A stretch of 30,047 bases of DNA from Candidatus Aenigmatarchaeota archaeon (GTDB lineage: Archaea; Aenigmatarchaeota; Aenigmatarchaeia; Aenigmatarchaeales; JACQIB01). Positions 18,203 to 28,196 of the stretch are shown here, one piece after another. The number at the start of each line of letters is the position of its first letter. Position 1 is the first letter of the stretch. Made by a program: the position numbers and the translations under genes. The notes under the pieces are model-generated. The model was not told where the DNA came from. It searched no databases and saw nothing but the letters and a program-made list of their open reading frames with translations. The stretch covers positions 1 through 30,047 of the forward strand of contig JBHIDR010000006.1 in NCBI GenBank assembly GCA_046760225.1, in the 5' to 3' direction.

Positions 18203-20992
18203 ATGGCTGGGGGACGTTATATTTCAACAATAGTTATTATTGCTCTTTTTGTAGGCATGGGCATAGCTATTGCTGATTCTTCATCCCCTATTCCAGAATT
18301 CTCAATAAATGCAACAAGCCTTGGTTTTGGCTGGAACTACCAGGGAGTCCTGAACCTGAGCCTGAATACAAGCTATTACAGCTATACAAACATCACAATA
18401 CCCAATGATACTGTTGTCTATGACAACCTCCAGAATGGCATAAACACCTATACTGACAACCTTAATGCAACCCTGAATATTTCTGTTGCCAATTCCAGCA
18501 CATTCATGCTCACAGGCGATGTCAATTCAAGCCATGGGGCAGGAAGATATACTGGCAGCATGACTGTTTACAACGAGACCACTCCCTCGGGTGCGAATGC
18601 CACCATATCTTTGACACTTGATGTTCCTGTAACATTCAATGCAAGCAACATAGGGACATTTGAGGCAAATGTAACCAACAGCACCAGCCAGACATTCTAT
18701 TTCGATGTTACCAATGTAACTGGCTATACTGGTGGCATTGAGGTAAACCTATCTGATATAAGCTCTTCGGCTACTGTCACACTTTATGACAATGACAGCA
18801 CCCAGCTTGCAACAGGCACAGTGAATTCAAGCAACAGCCTAGAATACAAGCTGCCAGGGGCTGAAACAACATCAGAATACTGGTACATAGTCATCCAGAA
18901 CAGTACAACCCAGTCTGACCTGACTTTCAATGGAACAATCGAGGCAAAAATGGCAAGCTTTGTTGAGGGCGGTGGGCCGTCTGGTGGCGGCATATATCTA
19001 GGCCCGGGCACGCAAACCTATGATGATAACGTAGGTTTCAACAAGACCATTCAGACAGGCTTCTACATAAACAACACGGCTGGCTATACTCTGAGTTTCA
19101 ACAGTGTGACAAACTCCACAAACCTGACAGACGGTTCAGGAAACTTCAGACTGATGGATTCGAACGTGACCGGTACCAACTTAGGGAGCGGAACATCAAG
19201 ATATTTTGAAGTCAATTATACGCTAAATACAAGCCTTACTGGCAACACAGCCGGTATATACAGGGGATGGTTTTTCTTCAACACAAGCAATGGATATCCG
19301 TACGATACTTTCAACCTCACAATCGAGTTCAATCTGACTAACCTCCTTGATACAACCGTGAGTGATGTAACTAACAATACTGTTGACTCGAACTGGACGT
19401 ATTCGAACTCCACAATAAACATTACTCTGACACCGGGGTATGCCAACGGAACAGTTGTTTCAGGGCTTGGTGACAACAACTTCAGTGTAAGTATTTCACA
19501 TGTAAATGGGGGCGCATTCACCTGTGTGGTTGACCTAACCAATGAAACTGTTGTAGACAGCGGTTCCAACTATAACATTACTGCAAAGGTGCCTGCAACA
19601 AGCAGCTGCGGATACAGCAGTGCTGTGCTGGGTGGTAACTATACTGTTAATGTTTCTGTTACTGATGACAATACAGGGGGGACCAATACAGGAAGCGGGA
19701 CCTGGAACGGCACACTCTATGTTAATGAGACAGCACTTAACGTGACAGGTTTGCAGAGCGGTTCTGTTTTGACAAGCATATCAAAGACAGTTGGGGGGAC
19801 ATTTGATATTGATCCAAAAGCCTTCAATTATGGCTCGCGTGCAGCACAGGGAGTGAATGTCACGCAGAGCACAGGAAGCTGCGTCAACAAAACAGCTGGC
19901 CCTGACACAATATACATAGGGGATATGAGTGCATGGGATTATGATGGCCAGCTTAATGGGAGTGCAACAAGCTGGACATTCAATGCAACCTCGAATGGCA
20001 CATGTACAATAACACTGACAGGAGAGGCACTTGGAACATCATGGCAGGCAAAAACACACAGCATAAGTGTTACTGTAACCACATCTGGCAACGGAGGCAA
20101 CGGCGGCGATGGTGACGGCACTACTGATGACACTACAACACAGCCAACATTAGAACATGAGCTCACGATAACAGAGTATACAAATCAAATAGAGGTTGAG
20201 CAGGGCAAGTCGGGAAGCGCCTCTATTACTGTAAAGAACACAGGGGACTATACCGAAACAGTGAGCCTGTCCATTGATGGGATTGACAGCGGCTGGTGGA
20301 CGTCACCGAACAGCAAGGAACTAAGCAAAGATTCAACGCACACGTTCAACATAAACTTCAACATACCTGAATCAGCAGAGGTCAAGAGCTATGGCATCAC
20401 GTTCACTGCAAGCTCACCAGACACTTCAACATCAGCCAGCTCAACATTGAAGGTCACCCCCAGCAATGCCACGCAGGAAGAGATAATGCAGAACCTGACG
20501 AATCTCACCTCATTGATAGAGGACATTGGGAAGGAGCTGAACTCTACCAGGGCGGCCGGCTACAATGTCAGCACAGCAGAGGATTTCCTCAAGGACGCCA
20601 AGGACAAGCTCAAGGAAGCAAAGGCATATGCTGATGTTGAGGACTGGTTCAATGCATACCAGCTGCTTGATGACATAAAGAGCGCAATTGAGAGCGCCCA
20701 GAACGCGCTTGGGGAATCCAAGGAAGAAACCGGGAAAGGGCTAGAGATACCTTCTGGTGCAATGGTAATTGCTGCAATTGCGATATTGGGTGCAATAGCT
20801 TATCTTGCGCTTCCTGCAGGCAAGGGCTACAGCAGGGGTGGTTACAGCTTTGGGGGGCACCACTGGGGTGACAAGAAAGGAAGGGTATTAAAGAGCAAGC
20901 TCAAGGAGAAATTAAGGAAGCTCAAGGAGAAGCTGAAAAGCAAGAGAAAGAAAGGTGGAAGCCAAAGCTACCATTACAGCTTTGATTTTTAG
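18203..20992 (+). CDS. Large secreted N/T/S-rich cell-surface glycoprotein with Ig-like (NEW3/CARDB-like) domain, coiled coil and C-terminal TM helix
   Basis: AGGAGGT RBS, signal peptide, dense sequons, ITVKNTGDYTE motif, helical segment, TM helix and Lys-rich tail. Confidence 0.75.
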   Translation: MAGGRYISTIVIIALFVGMGIAIADSSSPIPEFSINATSLGFGWNYQGVLNLSLNTSYYSYTNITIPNDTVVYDNLQNGINTYTDNLNATLNISVANSSTFMLTGDVNSSHGAGRYTGSMTVYNETTPSGANATISLTLDVPVTFNASNIGTFEANVTNSTSQTFYFDVTNVTGYTGGIEVNLSDISSSATVTLYDNDSTQLATGTVNSSNSLEYKLPGAETTSEYWYIVIQNSTTQSDLTFNGTIEAKMASFVEGGGPSGGGIYLGPGTQTYDDNVGFNKTIQTGFYINNTAGYTLSFNSVTNSTNLTDGSGNFRLMDSNVTGTNLGSGTSRYFEVNYTLNTSLTGNTAGIYRGWFFFNTSNGYPYDTFNLTIEFNLTNLLDTTVSDVTNNTVDSNWTYSNSTINITLTPGYANGTVVSGLGDNNFSVSISHVNGGAFTCVVDLTNETVVDSGSNYNITAKVPATSSCGYSSAVLGGNYTVNVSVTDDNTGGTNTGSGTWNGTLYVNETALNVTGLQSGSVLTSISKTVGGTFDIDPKAFNYGSRAAQGVNVTQSTGSCVNKTAGPDTIYIGDMSAWDYDGQLNGSATSWTFNATSNGTCTITLTGEALGTSWQAKTHSISVTVTTSGNGGNGGDGDGTTDDTTTQPTLEHELTITEYTNQIEVEQGKSGSASITVKNTGDYTETVSLSIDGIDSGWWTSPNSKELSKDSTHTFNINFNIPESAEVKSYGITFTASSPDTSTSASSTLKVTPSNATQEEIMQNLTNLTSLIEDIGKELNSTRAAGYNVSTAEDFLKDAKDKLKEAKAYADVEDWFNAYQLLDDIKSAIESAQNALGESKEETGKGLEIPSGAMVIAAIAILGAIAYLALPAGKGYSRGGYSFGGHHWGDKKGRVLKSKLKEKLRKLKEKLKSKRKKGGSQSYHYSFDF

Positions 20993-21375
20993 CAGGGAGA
21001 TTTCTCCATGCATACTGTGCATTTCTCAAGCGAGGGGGAGGAATCCCTGTGGACAGCACATATGATCTTCCTTTTCCTTATTATCCTGCATATCAGGCAT
21101 AACTCATTCATTGCAACTATGGCATTCATCTCACCATGGGCAATTGCCTTGGCAAGCTTATCGATCTCTTTCATCACAGCGCTGTCCTTTACAAGTGCCT
21201 TTACCTTGTATCCACGAAGATGCCGAATGTACTGAGAAACAGCTGCCTGTGTCACGCCGAGCCTTTCAGCAACATCTGTCTGTGTCATTGTGTACTTTTC
21301 CATGAGTTCCTTTGCAACCAGGGCCCTTACAGCAGGCAGAACATCCTGGACAACTATTTCGCAAAACGGCTTCAC
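20989..21375 (-). CDS. HTH transcriptional regulator (COG2522-like) with C-terminal Cys/His cluster
   Basis: PFCE...LPAVRALVAKEL...MTQTDVAERLGVTQAAVSQY; C..C...C..H...C..C. Confidence 0.85.
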   Translation of the reverse strand: MKPFCEIVVQDVLPAVRALVAKELMEKYTMTQTDVAERLGVTQAAVSQYIRHLRGYKVKALVKDSAVMKEIDKLAKAIAHGEMNAIVAMNELCLICRIIRKRKIICAVHRDSSPSLEKCTVCMEKSPC

Positions 21376-21467
21376 TTCATCCCCCTAATAAACTATAACA
21401 CCGTTATATATAAATAGCTTATGCACACTATAATCCTTTTTAAATTATACAGCCAATCATTTCTTAT

Positions 21468-21595
21468 GCCGGGGTGGCAGATACCGCAAGGCTGTAACGG
21501 CTATGCACCTGATTCCTGAGCTGTTGCTCATGAAGGTGAACCTGCAGTCGTTAGGCAGCAAGCAGGAGAGTTGGGTTCGACTCCCAACCCCGGCT
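21468..21595 (+). tRNA. tRNA-Cys(GCA) with three introns: 21483-21497, 21512-21540, 21548-21560
   Basis: Acceptor GCCGGGG/CCCCGGC, U73; spliced anticodon arm CCTGC-CTGCAGA-GCAGG; T arm TTGGG-TTCGACT-CCCAA; TTTTTAAAT promoter upstream. Confidence 0.88.
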
Positions 21596-21614
21596 TCCAT
21601 TTCATGGTGATTAC

Positions 21615-22997
21615 ATGCTGAAGGTCCATAACACGCTTACGAAAAAAGATGAGGAATTCAGGCCAATGAAGGGCAAAGAAGTAAAAATGTTTGTCTGTGG
21701 TCCTACTGTCTATGACTACACTCACATAGGGCATGCAAAGAGCTATGTTGCATTCGACGTTATAGCAAAGTACCTGAGGTACAGGGGCTTCAAGGTATTC
21801 TATCTCCAGAACATCACTGATGTAGAGGACAGGCTAATAATCAGGTCAAAGGAGAGCGGAAGGAGTGTTGCTGACCTTGTAAAGGAGTTTACCAAGAAGT
21901 ACTATGAGGACATGGAGGCCCTTGGTGTTGACAGCATTGACAAGTATGCTCCTGCAACAGAATATATGAAACAGATAATAGAACAGGTAAAAGGACTGAT
22001 TGAAAAGGGGTTTGCATATGAGATATCTGATGGAGTTTATTATGATGTTTCCAAGTTTCCTGAATACGGAAAGCTTTCTCACCTTAAAAAGGAAGCCATT
22101 AAAAAGCACAGGATAGAGCCGAACCCAGAGAAAAGGAATCCTGAAGATTTTGTATTGTGGAAGAAACACAAGCCTGGGGAGCCTGCATGGGACTCTCCTT
22201 GGGGCAAGGGAAGGCCTGGCTGGCATATTGAGGACACTGCCATAACAATACACCACTTCGGAAGCCAGTATGACCTGCATGGCGGGGGAGAGGATCTGAT
22301 ATTTCCCCATCATGACTGCGAGATAGCGCAGGCAGAGGCCTTTACAGGAGTAAAGCCGTTTGTCAGGTACTGGCTGCACAATGCATTCATACTTGTCGAG
22401 GGCCAGAAGATGTCAAAGAGCCTTGGAAATTTCTACACTGTGAGGGATATATTTGCAAAGGGCTATGAGCCAATTGTTGTAAGATTCTCATTATTGAACA
22501 CGAATTATAACAAGCCTGCAAACTTTACTTTCTCTGCGCTTGAATCGGGGAAGGATGGCATTGATAGATTAAGGGAGTTCATGAGAAAGGTCAAGGAAGC
22601 AAAAGGAGAAGAAGCTGGGATTGAAAAGCTGATAGAAGAAACAAGAGAGAAGTTCGAGAATGCAATGGATGACAACTTCAACACACCGAATGCAATTGCT
22701 GCTATTTTTAATTTTGTAAGGGATGTGAACAAGCTCGTGGATGAAGGAAAAGTGAGCCAGGAGGAAGGGAAAAAGATAATAGGACTTATGGAGAAATTTG
22801 ATTCTGTTCTTGGCATACTGAAAGGATGGGAAAAGGAGGAGAAGATACCGGAAGATATAAGCAAACTTCTTGAAGAAAGGGAAGAAGCAAGAAAGAAAAA
22901 GGACTTCAAGCTTGCAGATGACATAAGAAATAAAATAAAGGACAAAGGATGGATTGTGGAAGATACGCCTTCTGGACCAAGAGTGAGGAAGGCATGA
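21615..22997 (+). CDS. cysS: Cysteinyl-tRNA synthetase
   Basis: CGPTVYDYTHIGH, DFVLWK, GRPGWHIE, DLIFPHH and KMSKS motifs. Confidence 0.97.
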   Translation: MLKVHNTLTKKDEEFRPMKGKEVKMFVCGPTVYDYTHIGHAKSYVAFDVIAKYLRYRGFKVFYLQNITDVEDRLIIRSKESGRSVADLVKEFTKKYYEDMEALGVDSIDKYAPATEYMKQIIEQVKGLIEKGFAYEISDGVYYDVSKFPEYGKLSHLKKEAIKKHRIEPNPEKRNPEDFVLWKKHKPGEPAWDSPWGKGRPGWHIEDTAITIHHFGSQYDLHGGGEDLIFPHHDCEIAQAEAFTGVKPFVRYWLHNAFILVEGQKMSKSLGNFYTVRDIFAKGYEPIVVRFSLLNTNYNKPANFTFSALESGKDGIDRLREFMRKVKEAKGEEAGIEKLIEETREKFENAMDDNFNTPNAIAAIFNFVRDVNKLVDEGKVSQEEGKKIIGLMEKFDSVLGILKGWEKEEKIPEDISKLLEEREEARKKKDFKLADDIRNKIKDKGWIVEDTPSGPRVRKA

Positions 22998-23479
22998 TGA
23001 TGAAAATCTATTTTAGCGTGGTACCAGAAGTAGCTGGAGGGGAATCTATTGAAAACCTCAAAAAATTAATGCATTTTTTACAAGACCAAGGTCATGTAGT
23101 CTACAGAGCTCCTTATATACTCTCAGAAGATCCAAACCAGTTTTTACAAAAAGAACTTGGATTTGATAGAGAACCCAATTATACAGAGCAAAGAGAAGCA
23201 CACATGAAATGGATAGATAATGCAGACATTTTGTTAGCTGATTTATCTGTTATTAGTGAAGGGCGTTCAATGATTATACAAAGGGCGATAGACAAACCGG
23301 AGATGGGTTTGCCTAACACACCTATAATACTAATCAAAGGAAAGAAATTCAATAGAAGAATTGGTAAGCTTACCAGTGGTCTTATAGAGAGCAGTAAAGT
23401 AATCTATTACGAGTATAATAACATTGACGAGGTTATAAACAACTGGCAGGGATTGCTGCAAAAAAGCCATGAGAGCTAG
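22994..23479 (+). CDS. Nucleoside 2-deoxyribosyltransferase-like fold protein
   Basis: MKIYFS...LQDQGHVV...WIDNADILLADLSVISEG pattern; ATGA-coupled to cysS; visibly AT-rich. Confidence 0.55.
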   Translation: MMMKIYFSVVPEVAGGESIENLKKLMHFLQDQGHVVYRAPYILSEDPNQFLQKELGFDREPNYTEQREAHMKWIDNADILLADLSVISEGRSMIIQRAIDKPEMGLPNTPIILIKGKKFNRRIGKLTSGLIESSKVIYYEYNNIDEVINNWQGLLQKSHES

Positions 23480-23529
23480 CGGATTAAGCGTGAGAAAGGC
23501 TTAAATCGTTTATTTTCTAGAATTTCAAT

Positions 23530-23856
23530 ATGATGAAAAGAAGTTTCCAAACAGCATGTGATATGGTTGGTGGAGAATGTTATAAAGACTGTAAGATTTT
23601 AGGACTTTTAGAGGACAGGGAGCTGGGGAGATCCATTTTTGATAACCTGAAAACAGCAAAGAACCCTGTTCAGGTCCGGTATAAGCAATCAGAAATGGGA
23701 AATACTGTGACTGTTCTTGAGAGCGCAGATGATTTGGATAAATATCCTGGAATATGCAGGTTTCGGGCAGTGGTAGAGGGTGATGAAGAAAGGAGCACAA
23801 TAGAGTACATCGAATCGATTGTGAAAGAGGAACGGGAAAGAAGAAAAAGAACTTAA
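23530..23856 (+). CDS. Hypothetical protein
   Basis: 108-aa ORF filling the gap, with TTAAA box upstream; no motif recognised. Confidence 0.55.
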   Translation: MMKRSFQTACDMVGGECYKDCKILGLLEDRELGRSIFDNLKTAKNPVQVRYKQSEMGNTVTVLESADDLDKYPGICRFRAVVEGDEERSTIEYIESIVKEERERRKRT

Positions 23857-23880
23857 AAGCTACGGTACTAATTCTTTCTT

Positions 23881-24729
23881 ATGCGAAAGCATGACTGTCT
23901 GTTGCTGAGAGTGGGTGAGGCAGCGCTGAAGAGCGAGCAGGTGCAGAGGAAATGGAACAGGATTCTGCTTGAGAACATACGCGCTGCACTGAAAGGAATA
24001 GATTATGATATCCAGATTAATCCCAGCAGGTTCTTTGTCTATACGAAGAGCATAAAGAGGGTTCAGAACAGGCTGAAGAGGGTCTTTGGTATAACTTCTG
24101 TTTCTCCTTGCTGGGTATGCAGATCAGAGCTTGATGAGATTAGTAGACTGGCTGTGGATGTTGCCAGGAAAATTAGGGTAAAGAAAGGAACGAGCTTTGC
24201 AATAAGGACAAGAAGAGCAGGAAGGCACAAGTTCACATCAAGGGCAATTGCTGAGAACGCTGGTGCTGCTGTGCTGAGGGCAACAAAGGCCAGGGTAAAC
24301 CTCACAAAACCGAAAAAAGAAATATTCATTGAGTGCAGGTCAAGCAAGACCTATATTTTTACTGAGAAGATACCTGCTGTAGGTGGCCTGCCATTGGGAA
24401 CAGCGGGCAAGATGCTTGCTATTGTAAGGGACAAGAGGGACATGGTTGCTGCATGGCTCATGATGAGAAGGGGCGCAGAGCTTGTTGTTATCGGGAATGC
24501 AGGGAAACTGAGGAAATGGCACATCGGGAAAGAGCTAAAGGCCTACAGGAGCAGGAAGAAAATAAAAGAAATAATAAAAAAGGAAAAAATTATTGCTGTT
24601 GTTTCCGGAAAGATGCCGGAAAAGGAAGTGGAAGAGCTGATAAAAAAAGAGAACGTGCTGCTCCTTCTGCCCCTGGTGGGCTGGGAAAGCAAGAAAATTA
24701 ACTCGTTTAAGAGGGTACTCCTTCATTAA
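23881..24729 (+). CDS. ThiI-like THUMP protein with degenerate PP-loop domain
   Basis: GEAALKS, LKRVFGITSVS, THUMP (FAIRTRR, VNLTKPKKEIFIE), GGLPLGTAGK...VAAWLMMRRG; no SGGxDS. Confidence 0.82.
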   Translation: MRKHDCLLLRVGEAALKSEQVQRKWNRILLENIRAALKGIDYDIQINPSRFFVYTKSIKRVQNRLKRVFGITSVSPCWVCRSELDEISRLAVDVARKIRVKKGTSFAIRTRRAGRHKFTSRAIAENAGAAVLRATKARVNLTKPKKEIFIECRSSKTYIFTEKIPAVGGLPLGTAGKMLAIVRDKRDMVAAWLMMRRGAELVVIGNAGKLRKWHIGKELKAYRSRKKIKEIIKKEKIIAVVSGKMPEKEVEELIKKENVLLLLPLVGWESKKINSFKRVLLH

Positions 24730-24873
24730 ATTACTTACAACTTAGTGGTGAAAGCTTTAAATACCTTTTGTTATATATTTACTATTAGGAAGTTAGGTTC
24801 ACAAGCAAGTAATAAACTATAAATACCCGCTTGGGCTATTAGAATGCAACAATAAGTATGGGGTGGTGATGAG

Positions 24874-25677
24874 ATGGTAGCAACACAAAATGTTTTGGAT
24901 GCACTAAAACAAATAGGATTAAATCTTTATGAAAGAAAACTGTGGGTAGCTTTGCTATCCAGAGGAACAGCAACTGCTGGTACCCTATCTAGTTTGGCCA
25001 AAGTTCCGCACAGCAGAACATATGATGTGCTGGAATCACTGGCTGACAAAGGGTTTGTAATGATTCAGAACACAAAACCTTTGAAATATGTTGCCATACC
25101 ACCCAAAGAAGCCCTTGAAAGAGCAAAGAAAAAGCTAAGAGAAAAGACAGATGTTGCCGTCTCACGAATAAACAAGATTGAAAAATCATCCACCATCAAG
25201 GAGCTTGAAAAGATGCACAAGAAGGGTGTTGCCCTGATTGAACCAGGAGAAATGACAGGCTCTCTGAAGGGAAGGGGTGCAATACATGGACAGATGGAAA
25301 CTCTTTTCAAAGGCGCAAGGAAAAAGATTTCAATTGTCACCACGGCTGAAGGTGCAAAGGAGCTTCATGACAAGCACGGCGACATTCTCAAAAAGGCTGC
25401 AGGCAAGGGAGTGAAGGTAAGGATCGCAGCACATCCAAAGGCCGGCGATGCAACATACAAGGGAATGAAGAAGTACGCTGATGTGAGGAAGCTCACTGAC
25501 AAGATGGCCGGAAGGTTCTGCGTTGTGGACGACAAGCATATTGTGATGGCACTGACAGATGACAAGGATGTTCATCCGTCACAGGATCTGGCTCTCTGGA
25601 CACAGGGTGCCCATATAGGCGGAAAGGTAATGGGACCAATGTTCGATGTCATGTGGAAGAACCTGCCATCTGCCTGA
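24874..25677 (+). CDS. TrmB-family transcriptional regulator/chromatin protein
   Basis: LKQIGLNLYE...VPHSRTYDVLESLADKGFV...PLKYVAIPP, followed by a PLD-like C-terminal domain. Confidence 0.9.
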   Translation: MVATQNVLDALKQIGLNLYERKLWVALLSRGTATAGTLSSLAKVPHSRTYDVLESLADKGFVMIQNTKPLKYVAIPPKEALERAKKKLREKTDVAVSRINKIEKSSTIKELEKMHKKGVALIEPGEMTGSLKGRGAIHGQMETLFKGARKKISIVTTAEGAKELHDKHGDILKKAAGKGVKVRIAAHPKAGDATYKGMKKYADVRKLTDKMAGRFCVVDDKHIVMALTDDKDVHPSQDLALWTQGAHIGGKVMGPMFDVMWKNLPSA

Positions 25678-25686
25678 AACCGCAGC

Positions 25687-25705
25687 TTTTTATTTTCTGC
25701 TTTTT
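25687..25705 (+). terminator. Oligo-T tract after the TrmB-family gene
   Basis: TTTTTATTTTCTGCTTTTT shortly after the stop. Confidence 0.4.
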
Positions 25706-25716
25706 AATGTGTTAGC

Positions 25717-26319
25717 ATGAGCCTTATTGAGAGCATGCTGGAATGGAGCAGGCTGGCGCTGCTGCCGCTTGGAGAAGCAGGCCTGTTTGTGGTTGCGTTC
25801 ACTGAATCATCCTTCTCACCAATACCTGTGGAGCTGCTTCTGATACCAATGGCACTGGCAAAGCCAGAGCTTGCGCTTTGGTTCGCCTTTATCGCGACCT
25901 TTGCATCTGTTGCAGGGGCTGTTCTTGGGCATTGGATAGGCCTGAAAGGAGGCAGACCACTTCTAAGGAAACTGGTTTCTGACCACAAGGTAAACAGGGC
26001 AGAGCATTACTTCAATAAGTATGGCTCAATGGCTGTTTTCATAGGCGCTTTCACACCAATACCCTACAAGATATTCACAATAACAGCAGGCATGCTCAAA
26101 TTCAGGCTGTACAAGACAATAATAGCTTCAATAGCAGGCAGGACACCAAGGTTCTTTGCAGAGGCAATAGTTATAATGCTCTGGGGAGAGGCAATAGTGG
26201 CCTTCCTTTCAGAATATTTCGAGATAGTCACGCTCGGGCTTGGTGCAGCTGTCATAGGAGCCTATATTATATACAAGAAATTAAAGAAAAGCAGGCCTCT
26301 TGCTCATAAGAGGCGGTAG
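25717..26319 (+). CDS. DedA/YqaA (VTT) membrane protein
   Basis: AFTESSFSPIPVELLLIPM, FTPIPYKIFTITAG, GRTPRF. Confidence 0.9.
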   Translation: MSLIESMLEWSRLALLPLGEAGLFVVAFTESSFSPIPVELLLIPMALAKPELALWFAFIATFASVAGAVLGHWIGLKGGRPLLRKLVSDHKVNRAEHYFNKYGSMAVFIGAFTPIPYKIFTITAGMLKFRLYKTIIASIAGRTPRFFAEAIVIMLWGEAIVAFLSEYFEIVTLGLGAAVIGAYIIYKKLKKSRPLAHKRR

Positions 26320-28149
26320 CGGGAGCGGCTTGAACGGCTTTCCTTTGCTCCTTTCTTTAACATAGTTGACTACTTCTTTCGATAACATATTCTTTACTTC
26401 TCCGTTCTCCCTAAACCTGACAGCCAGTTTACCTGAGTCCTTTTCCTTCTTTCCCACAACAATTATCAAAGGAACCCATTCCTTTTCTGCGTCCCTCACT
26501 TTCTTCTGCACGCTCTCTGCTCTGTCATCTATGTCAATCCGTATGTCCTGTGCTGATATCTCCTTTGCGATGTCTTTACAATAGTCAATGAAGTCATCGT
26601 TCAAGGGGCAGAGGCGCACCTGTATCGGGCTCAGCCATAGCGGCAGCATAGGGTTCTTCATCATTGCAGCCTTCTCCAGTATAGCATACATGCACCTCTC
26701 TATTGCACCTGATGGGGAGCAATGCAGTATCAACGGGTATTTCCTCTTATTGTTCTCTGCAGTATACATTACCTTGTACCTCTCTGCATTCTCATGGTCT
26801 ATTTGCACTGTTGACAGGGCACTTGCCTTGTTCAGGCTGTCAACAAAATTGAACTCGAACTTTGGGTCAAAGTACGCGAAGCGCTTGCTCCATATCTCTA
26901 TAAGTAAAGGAGAATTGACCTTTTGCGCCAGTCTTTGGGCCATCTTCTGGTTGTCCTTCTGCTTCCAGAGGTCCTTTGAGAACCTTACAGCTGTCTCATA
27001 TTCTCCTGGCTTGAAACCCAGATCTTCCATAAGACCCATGCAAAATTCGAACTGGTTTTCGAACTCTTCATTTGCCTGCTTCAAATCCTTACATAGTGTA
27101 TGCATATCTGGCATTGTGAAGGCCCGAAGCCTTCTGAGTCCTGAAAGCTCACCGGGCTTTTCCAACCTAAAGGAATACCTTGTCAGTTCGTACATCTTCA
27201 GAGGAAGGTTCCTGTATGATATAGTCATTCCGTGCTTCATCAGGAACTGACCAAAGCATGCAGAGAAGCGCAAAAAGAACCTCTTCTTGAAGGACTCCAC
27301 AACATACTGGCGTGCTGGAAAGCGGTGCAGATAGCTCTTTAGTGCAGGATGCTCGTAGTCATACATTATCGGGGTCTCAACCTCCATTGCGCCGTATTTG
27401 ACTGTCTTCTGAGTGACCCATTCCTCAAGCAGCGACTTTATCAGCCTTCCCTTGGGAAAGAAGCGAAGGTTCCCTGGATCGCTGCCGCTCTCGTGGTCAA
27501 CAAGCTCGAGCGCCCGCATATATTTCACATGGGGAGGCATCTTTTCAGCTGCTCTCTTTTTTTCTGACTCATATGAATAGAACTTCTTGAGATTATCAAA
27601 GCCCTTGAAGTCAAACTCCTTTGCAGGGACAATCTTTCCGTCAGGCGCCATTATGAACCATTCAGACTTTATCTTTTCCTCGTCCTTCAGGGCACCGGAT
27701 ATCTCTTCTTCTGCCTTTGCAACACCTGGAATGCTTACGATTTCCCTGCTGAGCTCTGACAGAGGATGACCCTTGACAGATATGCTAAATGCCTTGTACC
27801 ATCCAAAGGGAGCATGTTCTACTTTGTAATTATCTTTCTTCAGAGCCTTCTCTATTCCAAAGAGAACCTTCATCGCTGCATCTGATGAAGAAGGCTCGTT
27901 TGTTAGATGGACATATGGATAGAGCACTATGTTCTTTGTCTTTACTTCTTCAGCTATCTTCTTTACTTCTTCAGCAGTGTTCTGTATTGTCAGAACAACA
28001 GCTGATTCGTCTCGCTTCTCAACTGCTGAGAAGACCACCAGGCACTCCTTGAAGGACAGCTTCTTCTTCTCTACCTTCTCTGCATCCTTTATGGCCTTCT
28101 TTTTTGGCTCTATCTCGAGCGAGTTGCTGTGCATGGTTATTATTTTCAT
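26281..28149 (-). CDS. thrS: Threonyl-tRNA synthetase, archaeal type with N-terminal editing domain
   Basis: LYPYVHL, APFGWYKAFSISVKGHPLSELSR, LRFSACFGQF, RLRAFTMPDMH, ILHCSPSGAIER. Confidence 0.97.
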   Translation of the reverse strand: MKIITMHSNSLEIEPKKKAIKDAEKVEKKKLSFKECLVVFSAVEKRDESAVVLTIQNTAEEVKKIAEEVKTKNIVLYPYVHLTNEPSSSDAAMKVLFGIEKALKKDNYKVEHAPFGWYKAFSISVKGHPLSELSREIVSIPGVAKAEEEISGALKDEEKIKSEWFIMAPDGKIVPAKEFDFKGFDNLKKFYSYESEKKRAAEKMPPHVKYMRALELVDHESGSDPGNLRFFPKGRLIKSLLEEWVTQKTVKYGAMEVETPIMYDYEHPALKSYLHRFPARQYVVESFKKRFFLRFSACFGQFLMKHGMTISYRNLPLKMYELTRYSFRLEKPGELSGLRRLRAFTMPDMHTLCKDLKQANEEFENQFEFCMGLMEDLGFKPGEYETAVRFSKDLWKQKDNQKMAQRLAQKVNSPLLIEIWSKRFAYFDPKFEFNFVDSLNKASALSTVQIDHENAERYKVMYTAENNKRKYPLILHCSPSGAIERCMYAILEKAAMMKNPMLPLWLSPIQVRLCPLNDDFIDYCKDIAKEISAQDIRIDIDDRAESVQKKVRDAEKEWVPLIIVVGKKEKDSGKLAVRFRENGEVKNMLSKEVVNYVKERSKGKPFKPLPLPPLMSKRPAFL

Positions 28150-28196
28150 ATAAACACCTTGTTCACAGTGGAATATAAGTTTTATTCATATATTTT

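Noticed and set aside
20089..20140. GGC-rich short tandem repeat
   Set aside because: Encodes a Gly/Asp/Thr linker in the surface protein; not an array
21528..21734. Minus-strand ORF over tRNA-Cys and cysS
   Set aside because: Antisense shadow with no motif
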